DNA of 64,000 bases, from positions 124,001 to 188,000 of the forward strand of contig RBZT01000673.1 in NCBI GenBank assembly GCA_003693705.1, given 5' to 3'. Positions within the stretch are counted from its first letter, which is position 1, and each line of letters opens with the position of its first letter. Of this stretch, positions 23,599-36,777 are shown one piece after another. The notes under the pieces are model-generated. The model ran no database searches and was not told the DNA's origin. It saw only the letters and a list, made by a program, of their open reading frames with translations. This stretch comes from Polymyxa betae A26-41 (Eukaryota > Protista > Endomyxa: Phytomyxea). The position numbers were made by a program, and so were the translations under genes.

Positions 23599-26572
23599 TT
23601 ATTTGCTCTTCATTTTTAGAATGGCATACATTGCAATACGGTAAGCAATGATCTGTCCCAAAAGCACTAAGGCCCAATGAAACAGGTTGACGTCATCGTA
23701 TCCGAAATCTTTCAACACGTCGAGTCCTGTGAATTTACATTGGCTGTTGAGATCGCTCTTATAATAACCTGACCATAACTCAGCACAGCAATGGAAAACG
23801 ATTGTCTACTAATTTACAGAAGCAATTGGGTCCCGAGCCACATGAGAATACAAGACCGTCAAAATCACTTTTAACCAAAGCTTCAAAGGCATAGGTTTGG
23901 TATGACCACTGAAACGTCATCAATAATAAATAACAATCTGAATACTTGATACAGTACTTACATAATGGGCCCAGTATCGCCAGAATGTTGGTAAAGAAGA
24001 TAATCGAACAAAGTAGCCTTGCACACACACTGAATTAAACATATTAAAGATCTAAGGCAATATACAACAGAGCAGGATCTTACTGAAAAAGCCATTCAAG
24101 AAAGCTGCCAATGCCAGAGCGATTACAAATATGGGAATCATGGAAGCTCTAAATCAAAGTTAGGGAACGTTTAGAGAAAATTAATTTATAGTACAAGCAA
24201 ACCACAATTGACTCCATTGTATACAGAGCAAGAAACAGGAACAGAATGTAATTGAGCACATTGTCAACCGTATTTTGAAACATGATGAGAGGGTATCTGT
24301 AGATGTTTCAGCAAATGTTAAGGAATTTCGAATTCAATCTGACACAATGGCTGTGAACAGCAATGTGATAAGCAAAACAAATGGAGCCGATACTAATGTG
24401 TTTGACACAACGAACGATCCAACATTGTAGGCACCATTTAGCACTTCTCGATCGAAAACCTGTTTCTCTTCAAGGATCCCAGGAATACTGGCAACTGACT
24501 GAAAAGTTTCGTCAAAGGCGAATTTCTGTACATCTAATCGCATTGCGAACCATGAAGCAAAGAAATGCAACAGCGAAGAAATGAGCTGAGAATCGATCTT
24601 GAACCTGAATGGAGTCATTGGATCTGACAAAGACAATGATGATTAGATAACATACTTCGGTTTGCAAAAGGCCAACATCATAGAAAGTCGTACCCATCAA
24701 TATCGCCATCCCGATAAACACTTTGTACAGTTAAAATTTTCACCAAATTCATTCACAAAAAACGGTTTTTACTTGCGGCGCGAATCCAATAAAGAAGCAG
24801 GTTGCGACCTCGTTTCCATTCAATGTTAATGGAATCCGATTAACAAACAACAAAGAAACTCTCACCTGCGTTCTTATATGCCCTCTCAGTTAAAATCATG
24901 ATCTGACGAAAGGAGCTAAAATTGGCATCAGAGCGATCTGGTTCCAATTTGTAACAGGTTTTTTTTACAAATAAACATGAAAGAAAAGCAGAACCGTCCA
25001 AAATCCTATCAAGTTACTGACGAATATTTACCTTGCACCATACGATTCTGAAGCCACAACTTTGCCGGGTTTGGATTCAATCTCTTTTAGGCTAGCTGCT
25101 AGCTTGGATCCCGTTTCCGAATTCTTGAATGTATCCGCATGTTTACAGATAACGGCTTTGCTTTCTGCGGGTGATAATGAGAAATCTGTGTTCAGAACAG
25201 ATAAATAATGATCAGGTGGATTATAATGACTTGGGCAGGGCTATACAACCACATATTAGAGCATACCAAACAGATTTACAAAACCGCAGCTCAAATTGCA
25301 ATTTGATAAACTGGAATTTAATCGAACCTTCTTCAACTCTGATTCAAAGTAATCAAGGGCCTGATCGCGTGACCCATGAAAGATTGTTCGGCTTTGAGAG
25401 AGCAGTCTAAATTGCAATCTTCTAAATGATAACAAGACGGGGAAATTTGTGTGCATTACGCGATCTTATCGAATAAAGCAAAAACATCGGAGCTGGGTTG
25501 ATGAATGGTGGCGACGATCGTCTTATTATATTTCTTTGCTAATTGTGATAGGAACAATACAACCTGCTTGGCAGATTCACTGTCAAGACCTGATGTAGGC
25601 TGCAAAATGATAATATCAGTATGATTGAGGCTGGAACAGTATTATGACGAACTTCATCAAGAAATATAACTTGTGGATCAGTAACAAGTTCAACACCTTT
25701 TACAAATAATTACAAAACGAAGAGAAATGAAGCCATTTCCTTACAGATGGATACACGACGCCGTTCACCTCCGCTAATTCCTCGAAATAGGAAGTTCCCT
25801 TCGACATGGTTCTTTCAACAACGATTGTCATGCTGGCCAGTTCATACCGATCTTGGTATCCGCGCAACGTTGCAGGCCCATCATTGCAATCATCTTGTTA
25901 ACTTTTTCATCGATGGCAGATTGGGACAAGACGGAAGATAACCTGAAGTTGTGACATTGGAGTGTGTTATGTCTGTGTATACTGTATGAGACTTACTGAA
26001 ATCTAGCAGCATATGCGATTGTCTCACGAACAGTTAATACAGCTGAACATAGTTTAATGAGGTAATATTCAAATATTGAAATAGAATTACGTATCAATGC
26101 GTCTTCTTGTTGGACATATGATGCAATATGCTTGAAAGATTTTGTATGAGGTGACCCACTGTCAATATGTTAGTAAACATTCAATCATTGTTTTGTCATT
26201 CTACTTTATTAACACTTTGCCGAACGTTGGTTTGATACGACCACGAATCGTGTCCAGTAGTGTACTGACAAAAGGTTCAGAATTTTGTTAAATAATGAGG
26301 GAATTCTGTTGGACCTCTTGCCAGCTCCTGAACCACCCATTATAGCTAATAATTCACCTGGAAGTGCCTATTTCCAGATTATTTGGCAGTCCTCAAGAAG
26401 ACAGCTGAAATTATACATGACCGAAAGCGCCATCGAGAATGACTTTTTCTGGTTTTCCTTTCTGAGACACTTTACACTCAAGATCATGCCATGAGATTGT
26501 TATTGGATTGTCATTGGAAGTATTTCGATCAATGACCTCCACAATCAACCCTTCATTAACATCTTGTATCAT
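23599..26572 (-). CDS. ABCG-family half transporter (many exons)
   Basis: ISWHDL, AIMGGSGAGK (Walker A), YVQQEDAL, GISGGERRRVSI (signature), FLDE-PTSGLDS, TIHQPS, ABC2 TM region (FDREVLNGAY) and WSYQTYAFEALV. Confidence 0.93.
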
Positions 26573-27093
26573 TGTACTTCTTGAGCAAATTAGCAGCCAA
26601 TAATACTTCTAGACATTACAAACCAGTCCAACACACATGACAGCTTGTTACAGTTACATGCAGGGTATGACCAGCTTGTAAATAGAGGAGAAGAATCAAA
26701 TGAACATCTCAGTATGATTCTTGGGTCAAATGTTTGGTATTATATCTATTACCACTATAAACATATGAAAAACTCTATCAATAATACGGTTACTACCCGT
26801 ACAAGGTACTGCAAATAATGAAGATTTGTCATATACAGGTCAATGTAAGGCCTACTGTTTCTTGTTTAATTCTGCTACAGTATGAACAGTTGATTAGATG
26901 CCATCACCTAGCCTGTTTGCAACAAAACCATCTCTGTCCTTCCAGATGCCAGCTAAATTCCAGTTCAGGAGTGCAAACCTTCATTCCAATCATCAGTCAA
27001 ATGAGACTGCTGGACAATTGTGAAAATGTCACGTAAAAATCCAACATCATTAACAGGTTTAAATAAGCGGATATGGAATATTGGGTTTATTGA

Positions 27094-28474
27094 TTATAGA
27101 ACAGGACCAAGATATAATGTATCTAGCAGAGGACGAAGAGCATGCTCCTTGACATCCCTAAACCCAACTAACATCAGGTAATATTGATATTAGTAATCAG
27201 TGAACTTACTTATTAGGAACAGTAACAGTTCCCATTCGTGTCAGAGTCTTTGGATCCACTTCCACATTATCAATTGTTAATAAACCATGATTTAGCAACA
27301 TCAACCGAATCATGGTTTCATCTGGCGTTTCTTTCTGCCTACTGGCCCAGGTCGAGGCTAAAGAACGTGATTGCAACGGTATTGTGCCTCGAAACACATT
27401 ATCGAGATTGCAATCGGCTAATGCGTCTGAAAGCCAGATTAAGGGTCCAATTGCAGTTGACCAATGTGGACCAAATTGTTGAGTTGCCATCAAAACATTG
27501 ATTGCATATGGATTATGGAGACGATTGCCTTCACGCTGAGCGTCAGCACCCCAGCTATACCCACCATACCATTCAGATAACTTATTGTCAAGATCATCCA
27601 CAGAGATCTTCAAGCGATGATGTAAGCCCATCAATGCATCATGAAAGTTCGAGTGAATCTCATCTGCTGTATATCCGCATAATCGTGAACCAATATCCTC
27701 ATCAAATGTTAAGTCACTGATATGTCCAGGGATGATTAATGATGACATTGATGTGACTCCAGTATACATTTGGAATCGAAGTTGGGATTCGAGATGTTCG
27801 ATGGCCGAAGTGAAATCTCGTAATGTTCTCTGGTTGGTAGCTCGGATCTGTTGCTGCTGATCCAGAGGTAAATGATGTAGGACGTCTGTAATCGGGGCAT
27901 CAATTTCGTCGATGAGAACCACGACTTTTCCAGATCGTGATTTACGAGCCATGCCTGAGATTAGATCGCGCGTGGCGCTTTTCACAGAGCTTTGTGAGAT
28001 CTGGCCGACATCGTGTTCTTCTGCCATTCTCGTCAATGTGTCGAGAAGAGTGTTGCGAAAGCCTTTTCGACGAGCAACGGTTTCCATGTTCAGATGAAAA
28101 ACGGCATGAGTTTCAGCCCGCCAATCCCAACGACTATCGGCAATGGACAAACGTTGAAATCCTAAAGATCCATCGAAAAGGTGCCTCTCGCCACGAAATA
28201 ACGATGCCAAGGTCGATATTGTGATACTTTTACCGAATTTTGGTGGACGACATAGCAAGAATTTCTGATCACTAGAAATCATACGTTCCATAGCTAGTGT
28301 CTTGTCAACATAAGCAAAACCGTGCTCGATTAACATATGAAACGTCGATGTCGATGCTGTGATACGTTTTCGTTCAGCAATTGGCGGCGGCTCTATTCGG
28401 ATTATAGCATCGGTCGTTGATGATTGAACAAATCGGCGCCTGGAAGAAGCCAAAGTTACAGAAGCTCTGAACAT
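27094..28474 (-). CDS. Bacterial-type AAA-ATPase-like protein (PF09820-type) with a putative mitochondrial presequence
   Basis: YVDKT, RPPKFGKS (Walker A), VVLIDEIDAP (Walker B), TGVT, CGYT..EI, WYGGYSW, NPYAI and G.LTI. An intron after PN(K) leads to KDVKEHALRPLLDTLYLGPVL* followed by AATAAA. Confidence 0.85.
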
Positions 28475-29491
28475 CAGATGAAGAGTTCGCTTTCAGGTAA
28501 GCGATTGATATAAAAACAACCCTTAAAGGTTGAGTGGAAAGTCAGGTCGGAATTCTGCATTCACCGGTAATCATGTTCATCGGAGAGTAATAATACACAG
28601 TGTAATGTTACACATCTGGTATAGGACAATTGTGTAAACATATTGCAGAACACAGACTGAATACGACTCCAAATTGGAAGTTGATCTCGTTACTGGGCGG
28701 GTTTTTTCGAAGCTTAAAAGTGTCAATTACAGAATTTGGTTTTGCCCACGACTCTGGCCTGGGTTTTTCATTGACTATCTATGCATGCTGCATCAATCGT
28801 TAGCCTCACATGTATAGATTGAGATCCAAGAGTTTTATCATTATTCGTGTCGGAATTGTATTGCTACAGCGGAAGGTTCCAACAAAGATGACAACATTTC
28901 TCGTATTCGGAAACTGTTTTTGAAAGATTCAGAAAGATGTATAGACTGAAACAGCTATAGAGAAGGCGACCATAAGTACTCGATTGAATGATTACAATCA
29001 ACGAAATTGAATGGTAGTGGGTGACAGTTGCATGGACTCTTAAAGTTGCAAAGTAGATAAAGAGGGAAAATACGATCGTTTGAGATAAAACGAATTCCGG
29101 CTACAAATAGTTATTGCTTGACAGTAAGTGATTCGGTGACAATGGATTGCCAAAGAGTATCGCGTATGCGTTAATATCATGATGTGTCCACTGACTTTAT
29201 CGACAGATCAAAGTTTGCAATAGTGCAACTCCGCATATACAATTCAGAATTCGCACCTTTTTTGAGTATTTTGTGTATTATTTTCATTTATTTTGTGACT
29301 GGCGTATGTCAGATTTTCGAGTCAAAAAAAGAATGCGTAGACCCTTTGACAATTAGGGATCGGCCACGTTCGGGATCGCCCAGACAAGTCGCGATTTAAC
29401 TTCTAGGTCATCTGAGGTTATACTGATTACGATTAAGCCACATCTGACAGCATCATCGTCAACCCAGTTACAGGCCCTGAACGAGCATGAT

Positions 29492-31393
29492 ATGCCGAGA
29501 GTGGTAGAGGGTTCTGCTCAACCAGGGCCTGCAAGCCTCGGCCAGGCCTCGATCCTAAAAGCGCCGACCACACCGCGCGCTCATTCCAAACATGTCCGTT
29601 TTGATGTCGGTTTATGGCATGACCGTTGCGCTCCCGATTGCTGAATCATGCTCAGGTTCCAATGGATACGGAAGTAGAACGTGAAGTCACAACTACCGAG
29701 CTCAAACGAAATGCTGCTATACAGGTATTGGTGAATCTTTACATTCGTATTCCTATCTCCTTATTTTTAGTCTAAGGCTCGTCTTCGCCATCGACGCTGT
29801 TCACCTGGTCGGATCGATCCCGATTACATTGCCCTGCATAATGCATCGCTGGCTTTGGAGTCGCCAGTGTCGACAGAACCAGAAAGCAAAAAGCGTCCAG
29901 CTCCTGGGCTCGCATTCAGTCGTGCGAAACGTCTGCAGTTATTGGCTAGTTCGTATGCTTCAAATCCCAATGTACTTTGCTCCTACCTCCTCCCTATTCA
30001 GTTCCCTGATCTGGTCATTTAGGATTCATTGTCCGAGAATTCAACTTCCACAGGACGCTTGGACTTTAAGGGAAGCGGCGACTTGTTTTCCTCAGCTGGG
30101 AAGGCCTTCAATCTTCACTCTGGAAACCTCAGCGCAAGTGTCACTCCCTTGATGAACGATGTAACCTTGGAAGTTGAAGACAGCAATCTTAATTCAGCAC
30201 CTCAAAACGGTCACATTGCGGTCGCTGATAAGCAACTTGAGATGGGACAGTCTGCAGTGCAACCCTTGGCATCATTGCCTGGACAGCAATCCAGTGCCTT
30301 CCGTTCCGTTTCCAATTTCGCTACTGCTATGGCTTCATCAACATTGTTGTCAACACCTTCTGCATCTGGGCCTAATTTCGTCAGGACGCTTTCTCCTGGC
30401 ATTCGTCGCCACTCTTGGCGACAGGTTCGTGCAGCGGTTGCTAACAAGCAAATCCCATTTACAGGGGTTCATCAACCGACTATGTCATCGGGCAATCATG
30501 CCCCAATGGTGTCGCCAATGGCATCCATATCTCAGCAATCGCAATATGAATCAGAGCTACAGAGCGTTCCGAAACCTGTGCCCATTCAGGCTCCTATGCC
30601 TTCTTTCTATTCGGCTGTTTCGAATTCAGACGATCGAAATCACCGCACAAGCCACAAATGGCGCCAATTACGTCATGCTGTCACTAATAGGTTCACTCCT
30701 ATGTATCGACAGATGACTCAGCAACAGTCAGATGCTAACAACGTGTATCCTACCAAGTCTCAGGACCAGCACTCTTCTCATAACAGAGTGTTTCCTGGCG
30801 GAACACCTGCTGGAGCTACGATGCCTTCTCTTCGACAAGCGTTTCCTCCTGAGTTATATGCGGCGACTGCTGGTGGTGAAGTCGTTGATGCTGACGACGA
30901 CAATGGAGATGAGAGTGGTTCATCAATGAGCGATTGCGCCCCAGGTCCCTCTACCATAGGCGCTATAGAATTTGGCCGTACTTCCGGGCATTATAAACGC
31001 CCTGCTGCTACTGTCGGTGGCGTGCAAACCAAAACTACGCCGTCTTCTCCATCCGGAAAAGCAAGAGGGACTTTTTACGCGCGGCAAGTCGCATCTACTG
31101 AGACGCAAACCGATCCAGTCATTGTTGAACGTTCAGATGCCTGCGTTCAAACGGACTTCTCGATACCACTTTATCCATTCGCATCGGTCAAGCAAACATC
31201 TTCTGCAGAAACGCAGACAGATACATTTATTTGCATGCGGGTACATCCAGATATGGTTTCAACAATGACAGTAACCGAAGATTTCATTAACTGCGACAAT
31301 AATAATTTATCAACTTGTGCAACTTCGCCTAGGAACCCAGTTGCCAACATTTTCTCTCGTATAAATAAAACACTGCGATGGAAGCAGTCTTAG
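29492..31393 (+). CDS. Intrinsically disordered protein with SILK/RVxF and multiple TQT motifs (4 exons)
   Basis: Exons 29492-29605, 29656-29724, 29771-29971 and 30023-31393 join in frame through phase-0 GT-AG introns; S/P/Q-rich. Confidence 0.75.
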
Positions 31394-31548
31394 TCTTTAA
31401 AACCAGTTTTGAATTAGTTTAATAAATGCAAGGATAGTGCACACTAATGACTGATTAATTAATTGAATTAGTGTGAATCACGACTTTTTCGCCAAACAAA
31501 CCTTGGTTGACCAATCTAATACTGAATGGGAAAAAAGCTCCATATAAT

Positions 31549-32036
31549 TTAAAGAGCAAGGCCTGAGGTCCATCTAGCTGAGTAGTATCGAACTTGCATA
31601 GCATAAAGGACTGCAAGTAGTATCGCTATTAACGTAATTAGGAAAGAGTTCGCCTCGAACGTGTATCTGCGCCGGTATGCCTCATATCCGAAGCTTGGAT
31701 TAGTTAGCGACGAAGCGCGACGTCGTCGATGCTGTTCGTGGTTGTCGACAGGCACGGGCCCTGAAACCGTCTCAAAATTGATCTAATGAATCAAAAAGCC
31801 AATGATACTGAGTCTCTGAATGAGGCGTTTTGGGGAAATTTCGCGAGATTGTTCTAGATCTAAAGATAACGATGAAAATAGAAGTGTTCAAGGATGGCTG
31901 GCAACCTACGCGCTAATGAACGGCGGGAATGGTGTCGTGATATGCGACCATTGCTCGCTGCTGGACGACAAAACCAGCAGTATTTGATGAACGAGCCACC
32001 TGCAATGGCTGATCCAAGAATTGCCAAAGCCAGCAT
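31549..32036 (-). CDS. Small putative membrane protein; exon structure uncertain
   Basis: Hydrophobic N-terminus MLALAILGSAIAGG and a C-terminal TM-like FLITLIAILLAVLYAM in neighbouring ORFs separated by intron-like sequence. Confidence 0.4.
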
Positions 32037-32875
32037 GGCTGAGGAGCTGTATAACTGGTGAAAGCTATGGCACTTTTTCTCAAATCCAGAAAATTTGGAA
32101 AATGAGAAAATACTAACGGTAGTCCGAATACAGAAAATATTTTTTCGAATTACGCAGAATAGCACACCTTTTAAAATAATTCTAGAATGGCACTTACGCA
32201 AAGTTTCAGAAACCCGCCTATTCAAAAACCAAGAGTTTGTTCGACGACAGCCTTGCCCAGGGCATCTGCAACGGACCTGATTCCACGCCTTGTCTGGACT
32301 GAAAGCTTATTTCTGTTTTATTTTCTTGTAGCAGGTGTTCCTCGTGGACGAACAACATGAGAGAGCAGCATTTCTTGAAACTCCAGATTCGCCAATGACA
32401 TGGGGATATCTTCACAAGCCTCTCACTATTCGATTCTTTGTAAATTTCTGAGACTAGATTGGAGCATTTGTACTTGAATTGCAAAAGCGCAGGCGTGACT
32501 GCACGGCATTTAAGAAATTTTGAGCAGGAGCAAATTCCGAAGACAACCAAGAAGGCGGGATGTTTTTTTAAACTCTCCGTTACATTTGTGATATTGTTGA
32601 GAATTTGAAAAAGCAACAACATATGATACTCTTCAGTCTTCTGTATAATACGGTACGCCAAAAAAGTGTGATAATCTGTAGAGCTGTCCGCAAATGACAA
32701 GAAAGATATGTACCTTTTGTTTAAAGAAATTTGGATTTTTGCTTATGCGATTTTATATTAGATCGTACGAAATCCAATAGTGTTGTACAGTACGATTTCA
32801 AGAAGTTAAAAAAGCCAGAAATGCCTACCTTCGCTCCTTTTTTAAAAAAGATACGTTGTCGTTCTATTGCCATTA

Positions 32876-33355
32876 ATGATGGATTTCGCCACTGTCACCA
32901 TGTCGCCTCTGCTAACCGCCAGTTCTGGTGACCTTGTTGAAGTGACGCCAAAAAACGATGCTGACCCTTTGAACCTCAGTGATCGTGAGGCACAGTTAGC
33001 TGCAGATAGACTCGAGAATAGCGTCTTCTCGGGCGATGAAAATCAATCGCAGCCCGGGGCTCTTCTAGATATCAAACAAGTGGAAATGATTAGTAGGAGA
33101 GCTACGGACTTCAGTCTATGCCCCGGGACTAGTGCCGACCATCTTGCCGAAAGGCACGATAATCCAATCCAATCCGATCATCTCGGGCTGAATGCATCAC
33201 CGCACAGCTATCATGAATGCAATGGCGCTTTTTATCAGACGCATTTTGAAGCATTCTGTCAAGGGAAAGACCAGCTACAACAGATTCCTTTCGTACGAAC
33301 AGAGCGTAAGTATAATTTAGAAAAAAAGCGAAGACATGATCAGAATCTGCCATAG
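32876..33355 (+). CDS. Hypothetical protein
   Basis: A 159-codon ATG-started ORF with coding-like composition between AT-rich flanks; no recognisable domain. Confidence 0.4.
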   Translation: MMDFATVTMSPLLTASSGDLVEVTPKNDADPLNLSDREAQLAADRLENSVFSGDENQSQPGALLDIKQVEMISRRATDFSLCPGTSADHLAERHDNPIQSDHLGLNASPHSYHECNGAFYQTHFEAFCQGKDQLQQIPFVRTERKYNLEKKRRHDQNLP

Positions 33356-34500
33356 AAGGTCTGGGTAAAAGTAGAGAGATATTTCTGTACAGTTCTTCGA
33401 AGGCCGAGATATGTTCAATCGACGACGTCAATTACGTAGTATCCAACCATTTGTCTAAAAAGACTTCAACACTGAGACGGCCGATTGTAAGGGCGGTGCC
33501 AAAACAGAGCTCCAATCTGTTGACATCCCCTTTCCGCCACTAAGAGTATCAGCCATGTCGATGTCTCAGTTTGAGAGATCGCATATCTTTCAATGTCTCT
33601 TTGATTCGCTTTGTTTACGAACAGGCCAAAAATAAGGAATGATTCTATATTTATCATACATTCATACTGTAGACTATAGAGCGTAAATCTGAAAAGGATG
33701 CATTTATTTCCGGACAGCTCTTAGTGTTATTTTTCATGTAATTTTCTTGGAAAGTTGAGCAAAATTCGCCAAAAAAAGGCTAAAGTGATTTAACGAGAGT
33801 TGAATTTCGCTTGTCAAAAAATCCGATCAGCTGGAATTTGGAAGGAGCTCTAACCAGTAGGCATTTATAATTGCTACGATGATGTAATCTATTCATCCTT
33901 CTAAATTTACAAAACCTCTCCTCTGGATGTCAATTTATCTGTTTATATATAAAGTTTCTTAAACGAAACTAAGCTAAGCTCATATCAACCTCATTTCTAC
34001 AAATTTGTCTAAAGAAAGAAAAATAAAATAGAATTTTAAGCTAAATTTGCCCCTTTAAGTTTCGTCGACATCAAAAATGAAAGTTTTTGATATAGCCTGT
34101 AGGTAGTGGAAGATAAACAGTGCATGCCGACCCGTACCTGGGACCGAACATCACGTATCCGGGAAACTATTACCACCTGACAGAACCCGGTCCTGCACGG
34201 CTGAGTCTGCCAACCGGATAGCGGTTGTGATTTGTGAACCAGGGATTGTGGCCGTGGCTTTGATAGTTGATTGGCCTCTGTTACGAGAAGGGTCACTCAC
34301 TCATCATCCCACCACCCCATCATAGCATAATCAAGAGTACCCGGGTTGGCCTCTCCATATTAGTCATTTATCAGTATTGTCGCATCTCTATCGTACGTCA
34401 TCGCCGCTGAACGACATTCGTGGCGCCGGCGTCTTTTACAACCGACGCAATCCTGACTTTAGACAGCGCTGGCGCCGGCGTTGCCGCCCGTGACGCCAAT

Positions 34501-36560
34501 ATGTCGGTTCGTGGACTAATCAAGACTTTTAAGCGACGTATTAGTAAAGACGGGAACCTACCCGGTTCAGGCGCTACCAGCCCGCCTGCACTTACAAGAG
34601 CTTTGTCTGGCACCTCTCAAGATGGTCAGAAACATTTTTCAAGATTGTTTCTTGAACTTTTGCGATTTTATATTAAGTTGTCATTTGTCTGAAGTTGGTT
34701 CCTAACAAACCAAAGCAGCAAATTCAATCTCGTCGAAGAAAGATATATTACAACCATTGCCAAGTTTCAGGGAGTGCCCAGCCTCTGAAAGACAGGTCTG
34801 ATGATTTGGTTTCTGACATAAATTGCCATTTCCCACAAAATGGCCCTCCAGGCGCTCATGATCCGCAAGTTGAAACTTTGTACGATTATCTTTGATTTTT
34901 CTACAAATGATAACGGTAAAGATAATCTCGGAAAAGAGATGAAACGCCAGATGCTTCTCGAGCTTGTCGACCATTTAAGTAAAGTATTTTTTTGGACACT
35001 GTTCCGAATTTTATTTTGTTTCTAGGCACAACAAAGACTTGGTTTTCAGAGCAAGTTTGTCAGGAAATTATCAATATGATCCAGTGCGTGTATGCTAAAT
35101 TTTGCAGCCTGCTTTCTGATTGTTAACAGGACAAATCTTTTTCGAACTTTGCCTCCTTCACCTTCAGAAACTGCCTTTGATCCAGAAGAAGACGATCCCG
35201 TGCTGGACCCTGCTTGGCCTCATCTTCAGATTGTCTATGAATTTTTATTAAGGTACAATTGCTGTAAATTGTTGTTTGCAAGTTATACAAACTCCACTAT
35301 AGATTTGTGGTATCCTCGGACACGGATGCAAAAATTGTAAAAAAATATGTCAATGGTCCATTCGTTCTCCATATTTTGGATCTTTTTATGAGTGAAGATC
35401 CGAGAGAAAGAGATTACCTAAAGACTGTACTGCACAGGTAAATCCATTCTGGTTTCAGTTGATAACTCTAATTTGCTGCGAAAGAATATACGGAAAGTTC
35501 ATGTCGCTTCGATCTTTTATCCGCAAAGCCATCAATAATGTTTTCTTTACTTTTATCTACGATACTGAACGGCATAATGGCGTTGGTGAGTTGCTGGAAA
35601 TTCTGGGCAGTATAATCAACGGATTCGCCTTACCTCTGAAAGACGAACATAAGAGATTCTTGAAAAATGTTCTTATTCCCCTTCACAAGGTTTTACATGC
35701 GAGAGAGAGACATTTTGTACTTCTCAACATTCGGTTTAGGTCCGAACATTAGCGTTATTTCATCAACAGCTGGCGTACTGTGTAACACAGTTCATTGACA
35801 AAGATCCGTTATTGGCTCCGACCCTGATTCTCGGTATTTTACAGTACTGGCCCATCACGAATAGCTCAAAAGAGGTGCGAGTGCATCGTTTTTGCACAAT
35901 GCGTTTTTCAATGCTGTGCTAGGTTCTGTTTTTGAATGAACTGGAAGAGATTTTAGAATTAACCCAACCAGATCAATTTCAGCTGGTAGTGGAGCCTCTC
36001 TTTAGACAGATTGCAAAATCCATCGCTAGCCCGCACTTCCAGGTATATATGACTTTAAGAAAGATCAATGTATCTTACTATTGGATTAGGTTGCTGAAAG
36101 AGCTTTGTTTATGTGGAATAATGAATATATATCATCACTAACGACAGATTTTCGGAAAAAAATCCTTCCTATATTATATCCTGCGTTGCATGCTAACAGT
36201 GAGACATTGTGTTGATAGTTTATCTTTCTTGTAACCAGCCCATAGGCAAAAAGCATTGGAATACGACTGTGCATACGTTGACTTTCAACGTGATCCGCAT
36301 GTTTATGGAAATGGATTCGGAATTATTCGATGCTCGATCGAAGAAGGTATTGACGGCCTTCGAGCCTCTTATGTCTGCTTAACATTGTGTCAGTTCACTG
36401 AAGAATCATCGGCAAATCAAGATAATGCTAAAAAGCAAGAGGACATGTGGGAACAGCTCGAGAGGCAGGTTGGTGATATCCTTCCATTTACTCATATCCG
36501 TCAAATGACAAGACCGTGTAGGCTGCTCAGCAAAAAAGACTGTCTTCTGGGGCCTCTTAA
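34501..36560 (+). CDS. PPP2R5: PP2A regulatory subunit B' (B56)
   Basis: [89 protein letters not shown] and HWN. Confidence 0.96.
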
Positions 36561-36777
36561 TATTGTTTCCATCTTTCATACAATGTATTCATTTATGTCA
36601 TGAATATTCTCTAAATCGTCGTATTATTAAATCTACTTTTTAAGTAGAAAACCAAAGCTCAACGAAGCTTTTCAACTGCATCCGATCAAGCTGATATCTA
36701 AGTGAAAAGGAATCGAATGTGCTAGGCAGCAGCTGTGAACACCCGAAAGAAAACTGCCATAAATAATTGGGGCGATT

